From Octopus sinensis (Eukaryota): a DNA stretch of 64,000 nucleotides. Within the stretch, counting starts at the first letter, position 1. The number at the start of each line of letters is the position of its first letter. Location: contig NC_043007.1 of assembly GCF_006345805.1 (NCBI RefSeq), forward strand, positions 63,922,001 to 63,986,000, given 5' to 3'. Shown here one piece after another: positions 27,482-42,344 of this stretch. The notes under the pieces are model-generated. The model was not told the origin of the DNA, made no database searches, and saw only the letters and a list, made by a program, of their open reading frames with translations. A program made the translations under genes and the position numbers.

Positions 27482-30400
27482 CACTGAGGTCAACTTTACC
27501 ATTTATTCTTCCAAAGTCAGGTGCTAGAATTGATGTAATCAACTGTTTCTCAAACTTAAAATTTGAGGCCTTGTGCCTATATCAGAAATCCTTATTAGAC
27601 CTTTTCAATCAAGCATAATCATTGAATATTTTAGCAGTTTGAGAGACTTTCCTACATGTTCTTTCATTAGTGTTGTTTGTTCGTTGAATTATTGAGTAAC
27701 TGAGCAGCTCCAGTAAATTATGGCACTATAGCAGGTGGAAGAGTAACACATTAAACATTTAGTAATGACCTGAACAAATTTATGTTAGGTTTATCAGAAG
27801 CTTTCTAATTATGTCCTTCCTTTTGCTTGATTATCCTAGAATTTTAGAATTTGAACTCTCTTTTGTGGTACCTGTCATTATAGATAGTAAAGATTTGTTT
27901 AAAAGAGGAGGTTAGCTGTTGCTTTATCAGTTTGTATGCTACTTACTCTATAACAATTAATGAATAATCTTGACGTTTTTGTTAGTTTTGATGCTAATGT
28001 TATTTTCTCTGATTACTCACATCACACCTCTCTCCCCTCTCTCTCTCTCCTTTCTCTCACCTATCTCCCTCTCTCCACGCTCTCTCCTTCTGAGATAGCT
28101 ATGTATATCTGTTACCACAAGGTGTCTATTTCTGTCCCTCTACTCATACTCTAACCTTTCATCTAGTACAAAGCCACCTTCCTCAACAGTACTCCCCAGC
28201 TCACTTGAGGGGGTCTTCTCTTGGAAATTATTTGGTGACTTCACTGTTACTGGTGCCACATAAAAAGTACCCAGTACACTCTGTGAAGTGGTTGGCACTA
28301 GGAAGGGCATCCAAATATAGAAACTGTGCCAAAGCAAACAGTAGAGCTTGGTGCAGTCTCCTGACTTGCCAATTTCTGTCAAACTGTCCAACCCATGCCA
28401 GCATGGAAAACAGATGTTAAATGATGATGATGATGATGATGATGATGACAATGACAATAAGGATTGTACATACCTCACAGTATGTACTGTATACATTACT
28501 TTCAACTTTTAAAAAAAATTATTTATTAATCAGATAAAGAAGGTATAGCCTTTGTGGGCCCTTCCAACCTGGTCAGTTCAATGCAAACAGTTCATTTCAG
28601 CAGATGGAGGGTCAATGCAGAAGGGCAATGGTGTTACAGAGAGAGTGTACAAGTTCTTGATAGGTGCAACACTGTAGAAATGATAAAAAAGGAAAAACTG
28701 GCTAGTATTTCAAGTGGTATATATTTGTCAAATCTAGAGAAATGGAATCCATTGAAGTGTGAGTAGATGAAGGACACAGGGTGTTGGTAAGTTTGTAGTT
28801 AGAGTATATTTTAGTGTATCTCAGAGTATATAAGGTTCATACTTATTAGAAAGAAAATATGATGCCTAGATTTTGCAAACTTAAAAAGATTTCCTCTGCT
28901 GCTGGAATAATATATACAAAATGAGAATCCATCATCACAAATATTTAATTATCAGTCAACAGAGCAGAATTTAGATGTCCACTAGAGTTTTTTTTTAAAT
29001 ATTATACAAACACTTAGAAAAAGATACAAATTTTACATAGAGTGTGATCATAACTGTGTGATTGAGAAATGTGTTCCCTAATCACATGGTCTTGGGTTCA
29101 ACCCCACTACATGGCATCTTGGGCAAATGTCTTCTGTGTGTGAGACACACTCACACCCATATTATATATGTTTGTGTGTGTTCAGATTTTCCTCAGAGGT
29201 TGTAAGCAAGGGCTTTGCTGACTGTCATTTGCTTGCAGTCCACTGCAAAAGCATGTCTTGACTGTTTGTTGATAGACTGTGAGATTATTGCTTGGAAACA
29301 AGTCGGGACTAGCAGTTAAAAGAATGGTGGTGGTGGCGGCGACGATGGTAGTGATTCTCTGCAGTTCAATCCATTCTGTGCAACTATACCTGATCACTTT
29401 TCAACAGATCTAAAATTTTAGTGAATTACTGTTGGATAAACAATAAAAGCTAGATTATCCATCAAAGTGTCTCGCTTCAAAGTTCCTACTGACTACAAGA
29501 TCATGAAATTTAGTTAATTTCTAGCTATTTTGTCGCTGTTATTGTAGATTAGCCTTAGATCAACTCTGCTCATGCAGACCTATGATCAAAGCTATTCCAT
29601 CTTTTTTAGAATGTGTAGGACAGCATTATCTAATGTGCCCATTCCTTATTTCAGATGTGATTTAAGGAAGATTTGGCTGATGTTTCTAGTGGTACCCTCA
29701 TAGCTGTTGTTGCTATTCAGCAAACAGAACCACTACAACCACCACTCCCTCTTTCTCCTATTCGTCTCTCTTAGAATTTTGCCTATAGCAAGTTTTGTGC
29801 ATAGTGCTGTTGGCACTAATTATACAAATTCTGTACTTATTAATTATATTAATTACACATAATCTCATTAATTATACAAATTCTCTACTGCCTTTATCAA
29901 TGAGTTACACTTTTCTCTTTGGTACATATTTTGGCCCAAAAGAATAGTTAGTATTGCTTAAGATTTGGTTCTCTTTGCATCATTACTGGAAACACCTGAC
30001 ACAAAAAAGTTTTAAAACCCAGTAATCTGGCTCTTAGCGGGTGTTTTGAAAATTCCTTACAGAATAATGACCGTGCTCTGCATCGTTACGACTGCCCTTT
30101 GGCAAAGCACAGTACCCATTCAGCCACCTTGCCAGGGATACAGCAAAGTCATGGGACTGCAGCATGGCAGATTGTGAAGAGGTAGTGGAAGAAATCAACT
30201 GAGCTAATGGCGCTTCTTACATTGATGCTGAGTGGAGGAATCCTAGAAGATCAATGGCCAGGACCACCAAGCTCTATCAAGAGAGTAACTGCAACACATC
30301 CTTATGGGCGGCATTCATGGTTGTGTAATCAGCTAATAAAAGAATCACTATGACTCAAGCTCTCAATTCAAATTCATAATAATGGAATTGGATAGTGACA

Positions 30401-32032
30401 AAATGTATTTGGGAATCTGTGAAACCAGTGTAAACAAAAAATCTGGCTCTTATTGTTCTATTTTGAGCAGTATTAATTTATCTCAAACTGGCTGATTACA
30501 CAGTAGTTGGCCAAATATTTGGAACTAATCCAATGTTGCAATTGTGTGAGAGCCAGTGAACAAATGTGTTGTGATAACATGTACTGTGCATTTGCTAATT
30601 GCTTAGATATCTATGTAGTAATGAGCATGCACAGACACTGTCTCAACTATCCCGTTCTTTGATCCAATGTCACATCTAGAGTGTGACAGTTGGAGGGAGG
30701 AAAAGAAAGCTGCACCAGCACTCAATTGGTATTTATTTTCGGCTGAATGCACTGGAACAATGTGAAATGAAGTGCCTTGCTGAAGAACACAACATATTAC
30801 CTAGTCCAGGAATTAAACCCATGACATTATGATCATGAATCAAACACTCAAACCATCTGGTTCCCAAACTGTGTGCCACATGATGTAATTAAGTGTGCCT
30901 TGAAAAAGTAAGATTATATTTCAAAATATGGAAAATACAAACTGAAATTCACTATAAAGTTCATATATAAATGTCAAAGTGGCAAAAAACTAAATACTAA
31001 GTTCTAAACTAAGAACGAGAGGTTGTCATGTCATTCAATTCATTTAGGCTAATTATGGTATGACAGTGTTATTCAATTTTGAAACTGAAATTTCATAAGG
31101 ATAAGAACTAAATTAGCATCAAGCTATCCTTGAAATTGATGTTTTATGGACATATTCAGTGCATGACTATGTTTCAGTTTATTTCAGCCATAGCCTCTGT
31201 AGTTTTCATTTCAATAAGTGTGAAAAATATACTATTGAACTAAATCTTTTAATACATCCTCACGTATTGCAACTGTATTTCAAATTTTTTCACTCATATA
31301 GTAGTGAGAATTTTCATCTTTTCAATTAATTTTGAAAGACTTCTCAAAAGAGTCCGATAATATGTGACACACTGCCACTTTTCACAGCTCACTGGTCACT
31401 TGTCTCAGTTTGACTCTATTAGTGATCTGTGCTGTTTGTGCTGTACAATTTACATTAACAGACTAAATTACCCATAAAATGGAAAAGTTTATTAATATAG
31501 CTTTCAGCCTTAAGATTTACAGCCTAAACATATGATCTGTATTCTAAAACACTTCTACTACAGCCCTGGACTGACAGAAACCTTCTGAATAGATTTGGTG
31601 GATGAAAACTGGAAGAAGTCCCAGGCATGACTGTGTTGTTAAGAAGCTCACTTTGCAACCATGTGGTTTCAGGTTTAGTCTTATTCCACAGCACCTTGGG
31701 CAAATGTCTTTCACTCTAGCTCTGGGCAGACCAATGCCTTTTGAGTCACTTTAGTAAATGGAAATTGTGTGGAAACCAGTTGTGTGTGTGTGTGTTTATA
31801 TATGTGTGTGTGTGTTTGTATTTATGTTAGTCTTTTTCACCACTTGACAACCGGTGTTGGTTTGTTTATATCCCTGTAACCTCATGGTTTGGCAAAAAAG
31901 GCTAATAGAATACATACCTGACTTAGAAAAAAAATACTAGATTTCATTTGTACAACTAAATCCTTCAAGGCGATGCTCCAGCATGGCAGCAGTCCAATGA
32001 CTGAAGCAAGTAGATGATGAAATATAAAGATA

Positions 32033-33171
32033 CAAGGGTCAGCTGAAAAGTTCATAGGCTATCCAAGATACTTTCATGGAATGTGACCAAATGAGGTTTA
32101 TTTTTCAACATCATTCCCTTTGCAGTCCACACACTTCTTCCATCAGTATTGCAATGCTTGGATCCCATTGGTGTAGAAGCTCTCATCCTGTTGGTCAAAA
32201 GAGTCATCAACAGTAGATATGATGCCATCATCACTGCAATGCACCAGTTTTGCAAGTGTTTTTTTCATGTTGGAGAACAGATGATAGTCAGATGGGGCCA
32301 AATCAGAATATGGTGGGTGATCAACCAGTTCAAAGCCACAATCATGTTCAGCAGCCATTGAAAGCAAGGACTTTTGTGCTGGAGCATTGTCCTGATGAAA
32401 CAAGACCCCTTGTGTCAGTTTTCCTGGGCATTTGGTTTTCATAGCTTTTTGTAACTGCCTCAGCAAGTTGGCATGGCATTCTCCATTGATGGTGTGGCTT
32501 GTTTGAAGATAGTCAATAAATGCAATGCCTTTTGCATCCCCAAAAACAGGCCAGCACCTTCTCTGCAGATGAAATGACCTTTGCTTTGTTTGGAATAGGT
32601 GAGGAGGGGTGTTTCTACAGCATGGATTGTCTCTGGTTCAAAGTGACGAAACCAACACTCATCCTGGGTTAGGAAACATTCAAGGAAATCAGCTAGATCT
32701 GCCTGAAACAATGTCAGATTTTCCCATGGTGTTTTCTGCCTGGTGTGCTTTTGATCAGGTGTCAGAAGATGTGATACTCACCACACAAAAACCTTCATCA
32801 TGCCAAGTTCATTGTACAAAATATTCCCAACTCTCTCATGGGATATGCTAATGTCATTAGCTATTTGATTTATGGTCAATCTCCTGTCATCTATGTGGTG
32901 AACACTATCAAAGCTATCATTCTTTAATATAGCAAGCATGTCACCATGAATGCAGGTCCTTGATAACACCATGATGCCAAATTTTGTCCATTTTCAACGG
33001 AAGTCAGTACTTGTTACTTTTGAAGTCTTCTTTGAACACTGAGATGTCAGTTTACCTGAAAAGAAACAATGAAGTTATTAATAAGAAGAGTTGAAATTAA
33101 TACAAGCAAGCTTTCACAGGTCTAACATTGCTCCTTCATAGTCAGACTATGAACTTTTCAGCCCATTCTTG
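32033..33171 (-). mobile_element. Mariner transposon, decayed
   Basis: TIRs caagggtcagctgaaaagttcatag / ctatgaacttttcagcccattcttg with TA flanks; TQDECW, FHQDNAPA, HPPYSDLAPSDYHLF motifs. Confidence 0.9.
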
Positions 33172-34014
33172 TACATGTGTGTGCATGTATGTATGTTTGT
33201 GACCCTTTGTCATGACATTAATTGTATGAAGCATGTGTACAAATACTACCATCATATAAGTTGTGTCCTTTGCTTCCAGTCTTTTGTGAAAACAACTGGC
33301 CATGGAGAAATATTACCTTACTTGGAAACAGATGAGGGTTGGTGACAGGAAGGGTATCCAAGCCATAGAATATCTGCTTCAATGAATCCCAACTAACCTA
33401 AGCATGCATGGAAAAGTGAATGTTAAAAACGATAACAATGAAGATGATGATGTGCACACATTTGCATGCACGCGCACACACACACCTGACAGGCTTCTGC
33501 ACAGTTTTCACCAAACAAATTTGACTCACAAGACTTTGGTTAATTCAAGACTTTCATAGAAGATATCCAAGCTGCCATGTAGTGGTATCAAATACAGAAT
33601 CACATGGTTGTAATATCAACTACACTCATGTGATAAGTCAGACTCGGTTTGGTTAACTGTTCTCTTTTTCTCACCAAAAATCAGGCTTTCTATCTTATCA
33701 TCTGCAATCTTTCAATTTATTTGTGGTTAAACTCAATACATGACCTGGTTTTGCTCCCCACTTGGAATTGTTTTGACTAATGTCACAAATGTTCTTGCAT
33801 TTTTTTTAGTAAGGAATCAATGACAAAGCATTTCCAGCAACTTCTCTGCTACAAATCTGAACTGTTTCTGTCTATGTTATGAATCTTTCCCTTTACAAAT
33901 CACTGAATCTTCTATTGTAAGATAAACTAATCTGTAAATAGTAGCTGAAAGGTTTGTTTTCTTTCTTTTTTTTTTTAAATAATGCTGTACTTACTGTGAA
34001 ATATTATATAGGAG

Positions 34015-34905
34015 TAGAGGAAATTGGTATCATACCAAAAGGTTTAGTTGAGAGAAAGAGAGAGAGAGAATAAAAGATGGAGATATGGATAAAAGAGGGA
34101 GACACTGCAAAGGTAGAAAGATAAAGAACAAAGAAAATAAATCTCTCTAAGCAAGGGAGAGAGAGAGAAAGTGAGTGAGTGAGCAAATAAAAGATTGGAA
34201 GAAAAGAGAAAGAAAGACAAGATACTGAGTGAATTGGGGGAAGAGTGGAGTCAACAGAAGTGAGTGAAAATGTAGAAAATGAGAGAAAAACAAAGAAAGC
34301 AAGAGAAAAGGTAGAAAGAGTAAGTGAAATATAAGAGAGCATAAATGGGAGGTGTGGGAGAATCGAATGCAATTTTTAAAGGTGTGAGGGGGAAGATATA
34401 GGCAGAGAAAGATAGAGAGAATGAGTGAGATAATTTGAGGAAGCTATAAAGGTGAAGAGAAGAGGTTTTGAGAGAGAACAAGTGAGAATGAGTTGCAGAC
34501 AGAGAGGAAGAAGAAGCAAAAGATGCAAGTGAAAGATACTGATGTGAAGAGACAGCTGGAGAATGGGAATAGAGGGAGCAGATAAAAGTGTGTGAGAGAG
34601 ACACTGACAGACAAGCAGAGAGAGAGAGTGAATGAGTGGGTTAGAGTAGCAGGAGCAAGTAAAAGAGGAATGTGAGATAAAGAGAGAAAGTGTGTGTGTA
34701 AATGAAGAGTGGGAGTAGAGGGAGCAAACAAAGGAGGACTATATACAAAAAAGAGGAAGAGAGAGAGACTGATAGACAAGCAGAGAGAGAGAGAGAGTGC
34801 AGGAGTAGAGGGGTTATCAAAAGAAGTAAGTGAAAGAAGGGGGAGAGAGAGACAGATAGACAGACAGGACACTAGCACAGAGGACATGCATAGAGGGAGA
34901 GAGAA
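34015..34905. repeat. Purine-rich (GA) low-complexity tract
   Basis: About 900 bp dominated by G/A on the + strand. Confidence 0.85.
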
Positions 34906-35249
34906 AGTGTGTAATATGATATCTGTTGTTGAAGAAAGTGATGATTTGCAGGAAAAGCTAAGTAAATCTTGAACAGCAGCAGTCAGAAATTCAGTGGCGT
35001 TTATCCAAGAACTTGAAGACTCTAATCCATGTTGCTACCATGTTGCTGGCAGGTTTCATGTGAATTTAGATTCTGTCAAATTAGAAATTGCATTCATCAG
35101 GTTCTCATTAGGGGAATGTTTGCAAAAAGAAGTTTATCTTTCTTTTTCAATCTCCTTTTCATTTCTTTCTCTTTTTTTTTTTTTTTTTTGCAAGGTATTT
35201 TTTTTGTTTTCATTTCTTCTAATCACACTATTTTCCTGCTCCCCTCCCC

Positions 35250-35605
35250 TCCTACTCATCCTCCACCATCATCATCATTGCAATCATCATCACCCTCATC
35301 ATCATTGCCATCATTCTTATCTTCTCCTTTTCTTCTGCATTCTTTTTCTTTTCATCTACATCATTGTTGTCATCATCATCATCATCATAACCATCATCTT
35401 CCTCATCACCATCATCATCAACATCATTATCATCCTTCACCTTTATTAGTCCTCAATTTGAGAATAGCATTTCATAAACAAAGTTTATTTCTGTAGTGTT
35501 TTATTTATTTTTTATTCCAGAGCATCATCCTTTCTAGTCACTTCCTTATAATTTATTGATTACTTGAGGCATTGCAGCATATCTATCTATCTATCTATCT
35601 ATCTA

Positions 35606-35664
<59 letters not shown>

Positions 35665-35782
35665 TTATCTAAGTATCTGTCTGTTCTTCACTGTCTGCCC
35701 ATCTGCCTTTCTCAAATACTTTTCACTCTCTTCAGCTTATCTTTCCTTAACCATCTTACTCTTACTTTCAACTGTTCAAGTT

Positions 35783-35847
<65 letters not shown>

Positions 35848-35885
35848 ACACACACACACTCACTCACTCACTCATTCACACTCAT
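35250..35885. repeat. Microsatellite cluster (CAT)n, (TATC)n, (CA)n
   Basis: Directly visible tandem runs. Confidence 0.95.
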
Positions 35886-36962
35886 TCTAACCTCTCTTTC
35901 TCTCCAATTCTCTCTCTCAGAAACACAATCTCTATGTTTTCTACTCCTTTTCTGAATAGTTTATAGCCCCTAATTATGCTGGAGTTGTTATGGGAGGTTC
36001 TTTTTTTTAATATTTTCTGCAAACTTCAGTTTAACTACTAGTTTGAAAAAAATGAAATATAAAAAAACTTCTGATTCATCAGCAATGGACATATTTTATA
36101 AGATAAATTTTTGCATCTGTCATAGAGTTTCTCTTCACCTTCTTCATCTCTTTGAACTATTAAATGTCCTAAAATAACTTAATCTAAGCTTTATGAGCTT
36201 CAATTCTTCTCTTTCACCTTTTGTATTCACTTCTTCATTGTTGTTGGGGTTTTTTTCCTCCTAGATCACTCCACCCACTGCCCCCTCTCCACACACACAC
36301 AGAGAAATCTAAGCCCAGAGATATTCCATTTCTAGACAGGAATGTTGAAAGGTAATCTGAAGTATTTAATACTTGTATTTCTCTGGTAGCGAAATTATCC
36401 CTTTCTCTGCTTGCATAACAAACAAAACTAAAAAGAGGGTAAGAATGAACAGCTTTGTAGGACTTTGACATCTTGTGACTTGTGGAAACATTAATTTAAT
36501 GAACAAACTTCTTCATTGACATTGATATAGTTCAAACCAACAAAACTGTGTTTGATGATAAGTTGGTCACTTGACCTTCTAGGTGTTTAGCTAACATATC
36601 AACATTTTATCCTATTTTCAGTTTGACTGTGTTCTTTCTCAACAGGAATGTTGAAAAATGATACAAGATATTTAATGCTTTGCACTTTTCATTCCTACTT
36701 CTTTTCAAGAAAACTAAAATTGCCTCAATAAAATTAAAAAGCAGAGGTAGAGGCGTTTTTTTTTTGTTTTTTTGTTTTTTTGTTTTTACATAAGCTGATG
36801 AAATAGGCTATACTGGAATTGATGCCACTTATAGCAATGGTTTATTTTGGTAGGCTGAATTTTGGTGTAGTACCCTAATGTTTGATTTATATCTGTTGCA
36901 TTATGGGTTTACTTGGATTACTTTCACTATTTAACAATAAATCAACAAGAGAACCTCTACAT

Positions 36963-37290
36963 CAGTAGTTCTCAATGGGAATCCATATGGCCCCTTGTGG
37001 TCCATATAAGATTTTGGAGTGTCTACACAAACAAAATAGTAAATTGAGTCCACAGTAGTATTTTAAGAGTCCTTGAAATTTTTTTACTTCAGATGCAAGT
37101 AACAACTAGGTTTCTTTCTTTGACATTTTACATAGTTCAGCCTACACAAGTGAATGTGTAGAAAACAAAATAAGAATTTTGAAAGAAATATCTATAAAAC
37201 TAGTTTTCAAACATCGAATGGCTATGGGGGTCCACCAGAATAAAACAGTAATCAAAGGAGTCCATAGGTAAAAATGCTTGAGAACCACTG
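36963..37290. mobile_element. hAT (Charlie-like) MITE
   Basis: TIR cagtagttctcaa / ttgagaaccactg; perfect 8-bp TSD ctctacat (36955-36962, 37291-37298). Confidence 0.9.
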
Positions 37291-38666
37291 CTCTACATGG
37301 TTGCTCAACCATGTAGTTGTAGAAATGCTAGCCAAATCCCCCCCAAATCATAACCCCTAAAAATGAAAGAACCCATTTTAATACTTTGATACATCGATAA
37401 AAATTACTTTGATCTAAATGAATGAATACATTCTCTTTGTTTCCACTGGTATTTCTCTTTTCAAAAATTCACTTCATCACAGCATGTGTATATTATAACT
37501 CACTTCTTACTGGGTCAGCTAGAACATTGATACTTATAACCTTATTTCTAACATTCACTTTAGTTTCATATATTGATTTCAAGGCCAACAACTTTGGGGG
37601 AGGGGAAGTAAGTTGATTACATAGGCCCCAATAGTCAACTGCTACTTATTTTATCTACCCCAGAAGGATGAAAGGTAAAGTCAACCTCAGTGGAATTTGA
37701 ACTCAGAAGTAAAGGCAAACAAAATGCCACTAGTCATTTTGTCTGGTGTGCTTACTTCAGTTTTATAGACTAACTAGAATACCTAGCACTGCCTGGGAAA
37801 CAAGGCACACCACTGGTGGCCAATCTATCGAATGAGAAATGATCATAATCCTGTATAAATGTATTATTTTGAACACAATGAGTATATTATTTGAAATAGA
37901 TATACACATTTCTTTTTCACTTTCTAAATTAATATAACTCATGTAGAATAAATTAAATTATGCATTAGAAGCAGCTCAATAATGTAAACATTATTAATTT
38001 CACATACTTAACTCATATCCATCATTTAAAGACCAGGAACCTCAGATTTTCATCAACACAGATCTGCTTTAAAGATACATAGTGTTAAGAAAACAGAAAT
38101 GTTATCAACATTCAATTTGTGTGTGTGTGTATGTAAGTTGAATATCAAATATATTTTATATACAATTTATCATCATCATTTAATGTCTAAGTTCCATGCT
38201 GGCATGGGTTGGACAGCTTGACAGGATCTGATGGATCCAAGGACTGCATCTTGTTCCTGAGTTCATTTTGGCATAGTTTCTATTACTGGATGCCCTTCTA
38301 ACACCATTTACTTTACAAGGTGTACTAGGAGCTTTTTTGCTCTCTTTACCCCTATCCACACAAGTCTAACCCTAAACTCTATACCTCACCCTTAAAACCT
38401 TACCCGATATCCTAATCTTATACCCTAACTCTAAACCAATTTCTTTTCTCACAGGAGTTAATCCATCTTTTATGCTTAATACATAAAAATATTTAAAAAT
38501 AAAAAGGGAAAATGTCAAATAGAAAAGTTATGGTTGGTTATGTACACTAAACAGAAAGTGTAAGGGCAAGCAAAACGAAAAAAAAGAAAAACTTTAAACA
38601 TTTTTTTTTTCAGAATCATAAAGAAATTTCTACCTAGAAATAGAAAAATAAAGAAGTTAGACTGGT

Positions 38667-38710
<44 letters not shown>

Positions 38711-39818
38711 ATGCGTGCATGTGTGCATGTGTGCATGCATGTGTGTGTATTAGAGCTGCTTTTCATTTAAAACTTTTGTTTTACTTATACAGCACCATTG
38801 CACATCAGCTGATAGGTTTTATACTATTAGCATATATACCTCACCTAGTGATGCAAATTCATTTTGGGGATGACTTGAGTATATGTTGCCAATGAGCTGA
38901 GACAACAGCGAAATATCAATAGCCACCATTCTCATTCACCTACAGTTCAGTTTATTTCATCTGGTTTTGACGTATTCACCGTTTTTTGATACTTGATGCC
39001 TGAAAGGGACTTTCCTCAGACAAAATTCCGCAGTTAATCAGTGTATAAATAATACATGTATATTAAGTATGTGGCATCCATAATGTTTCTATTATTAGAA
39101 ATGCTTCTAATTCAAAATTTATCATCATCATCATCATCATCATCTTCATCATCATCCTTCTTTAACATTCATTTTCTGTGCTGGCATGCATTGGACTGTT
39201 TGATCAGAGCTGAAAAGTTGGAGAACTGCACCAGGTTCCTGTCTGATTTGGGTTGGTTTCTATGACTTGATGCCCTTCCTAACACCAACTACTTTACAGA
39301 GTGTGCTGGGTGCTTTTTACATGACAACAGTACACAGGACTCTTGCTGGCTAATCCTCTTCAGCAGGGGGAGTGACATTAGCACTTCTGGTATGGAGGAT
39401 GGGTCTTCTTGAGTACAGAAAGGTGTCAGATATCTCAGTCCTTTGTCATCTCCTCTATAAGAGTCAATGTCCTGAAATCATCCTTTAATGTGTGTGTGTG
39501 TGAAGGCACTCGGTCTACTGGTTAGGGCGTTGCACTCACAATCTCAAGATTATGGTTTCATTTTTTGACTGTCGGTGCATTGTGTTCTTGAGCAAAACAC
39601 TTCATTTTATTTTGCTCCAGTCCACTCAGCTGCAAATGGGTAACCCTGTATTATCATCATCATCATCTTCATTTAATGTCCATCTCCCATGCTGGAGCCA
39701 GCCAGGTAGAAGACTACACCAGACTTTTGTGTTTGTTTTGGCATGGTTTTTACGGCTGGATGTCCTTCCTAACACCAACCTGTACATATGTATGTATGTA
39801 TGCATGCATGCATATTTA

Positions 39819-41087
39819 TTGGGTCATCCCATAAATAATGTGGTTTTTTCAATTGCATGAACTAAAAGTCAGAGAGGGATGGAATAAACTACCTGCATTA
39901 ACTTGCTATAAAAGCTGGTAGTAATTTTATGTTGTCCTTATTCTTAGTGCAAGTTTTGAAGAGTGCAGTTCGATTTTAACAGTTATTTTTTCAAAGCTAT
40001 AATGGAAGTGACAAAGGCGCATATTCAGCATATTTTGCTTTATGAGTTCAATAAAGGCAACAACACAATGGAAAATGCAAGGTATATTAATGCAGTATAC
40101 GGGGATCAGACAGTAAGCATAAGCCAGTGTCAACGGTAGTTCCAGCAATTCCGAGCTGGAAACTACAGCCTAGAAACTCATCCTGGAAGATCTGTAGAGC
40201 TTAATGAGGATGTCCTACAAACCCTGGTGGAACAAAATCCTATTGTAACTGTTGAGGAACTAGCAGAGAAGCTTGGTTTTGGTCATTCAACCATTCATCA
40301 ACACCATCAGAAAAGTCAGCAAATTGGGTCAATGGGTTCCTCACAAACTTTCCAAGTCTAACTACTCACAGAGAGTAAATGGGTGCTCTTCTTTGCTGCC
40401 ACGTCTCATGAATGAACCTTTTTTGGACTGAATGGTGACTGATGACAAGAAATTGGTTCTCTATAAAATTGTCAAGTGCTGAAGATAATGGGTAGGGAAA
40501 GGAGAAATACCAGCACCCCAGGCTAAAGAAGGTTTTCACCCATGTAAGGTATTGTTATCTGTTTGGTGGGATATGAAAAGTTTAGTTCACCTTGAACTTT
40601 TAAACCCACACCAAATGATAACAAAGGAAATCTACTGCAAGCAGCTTGAGTGGCTTAAGTCAGCACTAGAAGAAAAATGACCATCTTTGCTTTCAAGACG
40701 AAAGGTGTTCTTCCATCAGGATAATGCTCGGCCACATACAGCAAGGATGACATTCCAAGTCTAGAGTAGTTTGAATGGGAAATGATGCCCCACCCATCAT
40801 ATTCGCCAGACATTGCCCATCCAATTATCATTTATTTTGCAGTCTTCAAAATCATTTGGACAAAAAAAATATGAATTCTGTAGACGAGGTCAGAATAGTA
40901 CTGGAGGAGTATTTTTCATCACAGACAAGTGAATTTTGGGAGAGGGGCCTTGCAAGTCTAACAGATAGCTGGAAGAAAATTGTTGAAAATGAAGAGTATA
41001 TTTTAGATTAAAAAAGAACTTTGGTTATCTTAATTTTGAAAAATAAAAGAAGTATAAAAAAACTGCATTATTTATGGGATGACCCAA
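39819..41087 (+). mobile_element. Full-length decayed mariner (D,D34D; cecropia-like)
   Basis: TIR ttgggtcatcccataaataatg at both ends, TA TSD; transposase 40002-41011 MEVTKAHIQHILLYEF..WVPHKL..FHQDNARPH..YSPDIAPSNYHLF with stops and frameshifts. Confidence 0.95.
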
Positions 41088-41372
41088 TATATGTATGCAT
41101 GTAGGTATGTATGTATGTATGTATGCATATATGTATGTATGTGTTATATATTACTTTAAGTATATAAACTGTATGAAAAAAAAAGGATATAATTCAACAT
41201 AGGAACAAAAGTTATGGTGTAGACATTGCTTCATAGCCACATGGTTTTGGGCTGATTCCACTTGATACCATCAGTAAAAGTTAATATTATTTAGCTAGCA
41301 TTGTTAAAAATAAATCATTTTAGTGTTTTTTCCTTATTATAGATATCTATGTCTGTTTGCCTGAATCTTCAG

Positions 41373-41592
41373 CCCTTTAGCATTTAGACTGGCCATATCC
41401 AGCCAAAATATTTTACCTGTTTTAGCTTCAAACTTACCAGTTCAAGCCTCTCACACCTACACTGCAGTGTCATTCTAAAAATAAACAATCTCATCATCAA
41501 AATCTCAAAGTTACAAGATAATGTTAGATTAATTCAAAACAATGTGAATAAATAAGTAATATATATGACGGAATAATCTAAATGCTAAAGAG
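41373..41592. mobile_element. piggyBac-like MITE (copy 1)
   Basis: ccctttagcattta..taaatgctaaagag-ttaa; inverted homologue of 46177-46396. Confidence 0.75.
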
Positions 41593-42195
41593 TTAAAATG
41601 CTCTAACTCGAGAGAATGCAAATTAAAAGGAGTTTCTCCCTTTCTCTCTCGGTCGATGTATGTTCCTATGTGTTTGTTGGGGAATGAGTGAGTGTGTGTG
41701 TATATGTATGCTAGTGTCTGTGTGGGTATATGTCTGTGTGTGTGCACATGTGTGTGTGTGTCTGTTATTCATGAATTTTTACATTTCTTGAACAGCTCAA
41801 AATTACTGGGCTGTATTAAAACAATAATCAACAGCAGTCTTGGTTTTTCAGGGTTTTAGGTTGATGAATGAAGTGGAAGATATTTTAAGTAAAAGATTGT
41901 GTATTTAAGAGTACATTTGTTGGAAGATTTTATTGGCACAATGTATAGTTTTGCTAAAATTATAGAACACACAAACAAAGAGACTTTGAATGTTAATATT
42001 ATAAAGATCTTATGTATTAAGTACTACTATATGTATTCCTCACCTCTTCTCTCATCTGTGAATACTGTATTCTGTTTAGTCCATTCCGGTTCATTCCAGC
42101 ATCATTGCATGGAACCTTGGGCAAGTGTCTTTCACTATGGCCTCTAGCCAACCAAAGCCTTGTGAATGGATCTGGTAGACAATTTAAAAGAAGTC

Positions 42196-42344
<149 letters not shown>

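Noticed and set aside
23343-29256. Shared ~35-bp inverted motif gacatgcttttgcagtggactgcaagcaaatg at about 23345 and 29226
   Set aside because: Best explained as two short 3'-end remnants of an old LINE, not TIRs of one element; no TSD seen.
35005-35107. Minus-strand CTGATGA...GAAAC
   Set aside because: No UH triplet positioned next to a stem I partner; probably chance.
34004-35966. Ser/Leu/Phe-, His- and Thr-His-rich ORFs
   Set aside because: Products of GA-rich, (CAT)n, (TATC)n and (CA)n low-complexity tracts.
38345-38440. Telomere-like CCCTAA/TTAGGG motifs (also 54758-54774)
   Set aside because: Too short and degenerate to call an interstitial telomere.
38884-38922. Possible sixth hammerhead (ccaatga-gctg..cagc-gaaa)
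   Set aside because: Two core mismatches, and the cleavage-site and stem I register does not fit; could be a decayed copy but is unsupported.
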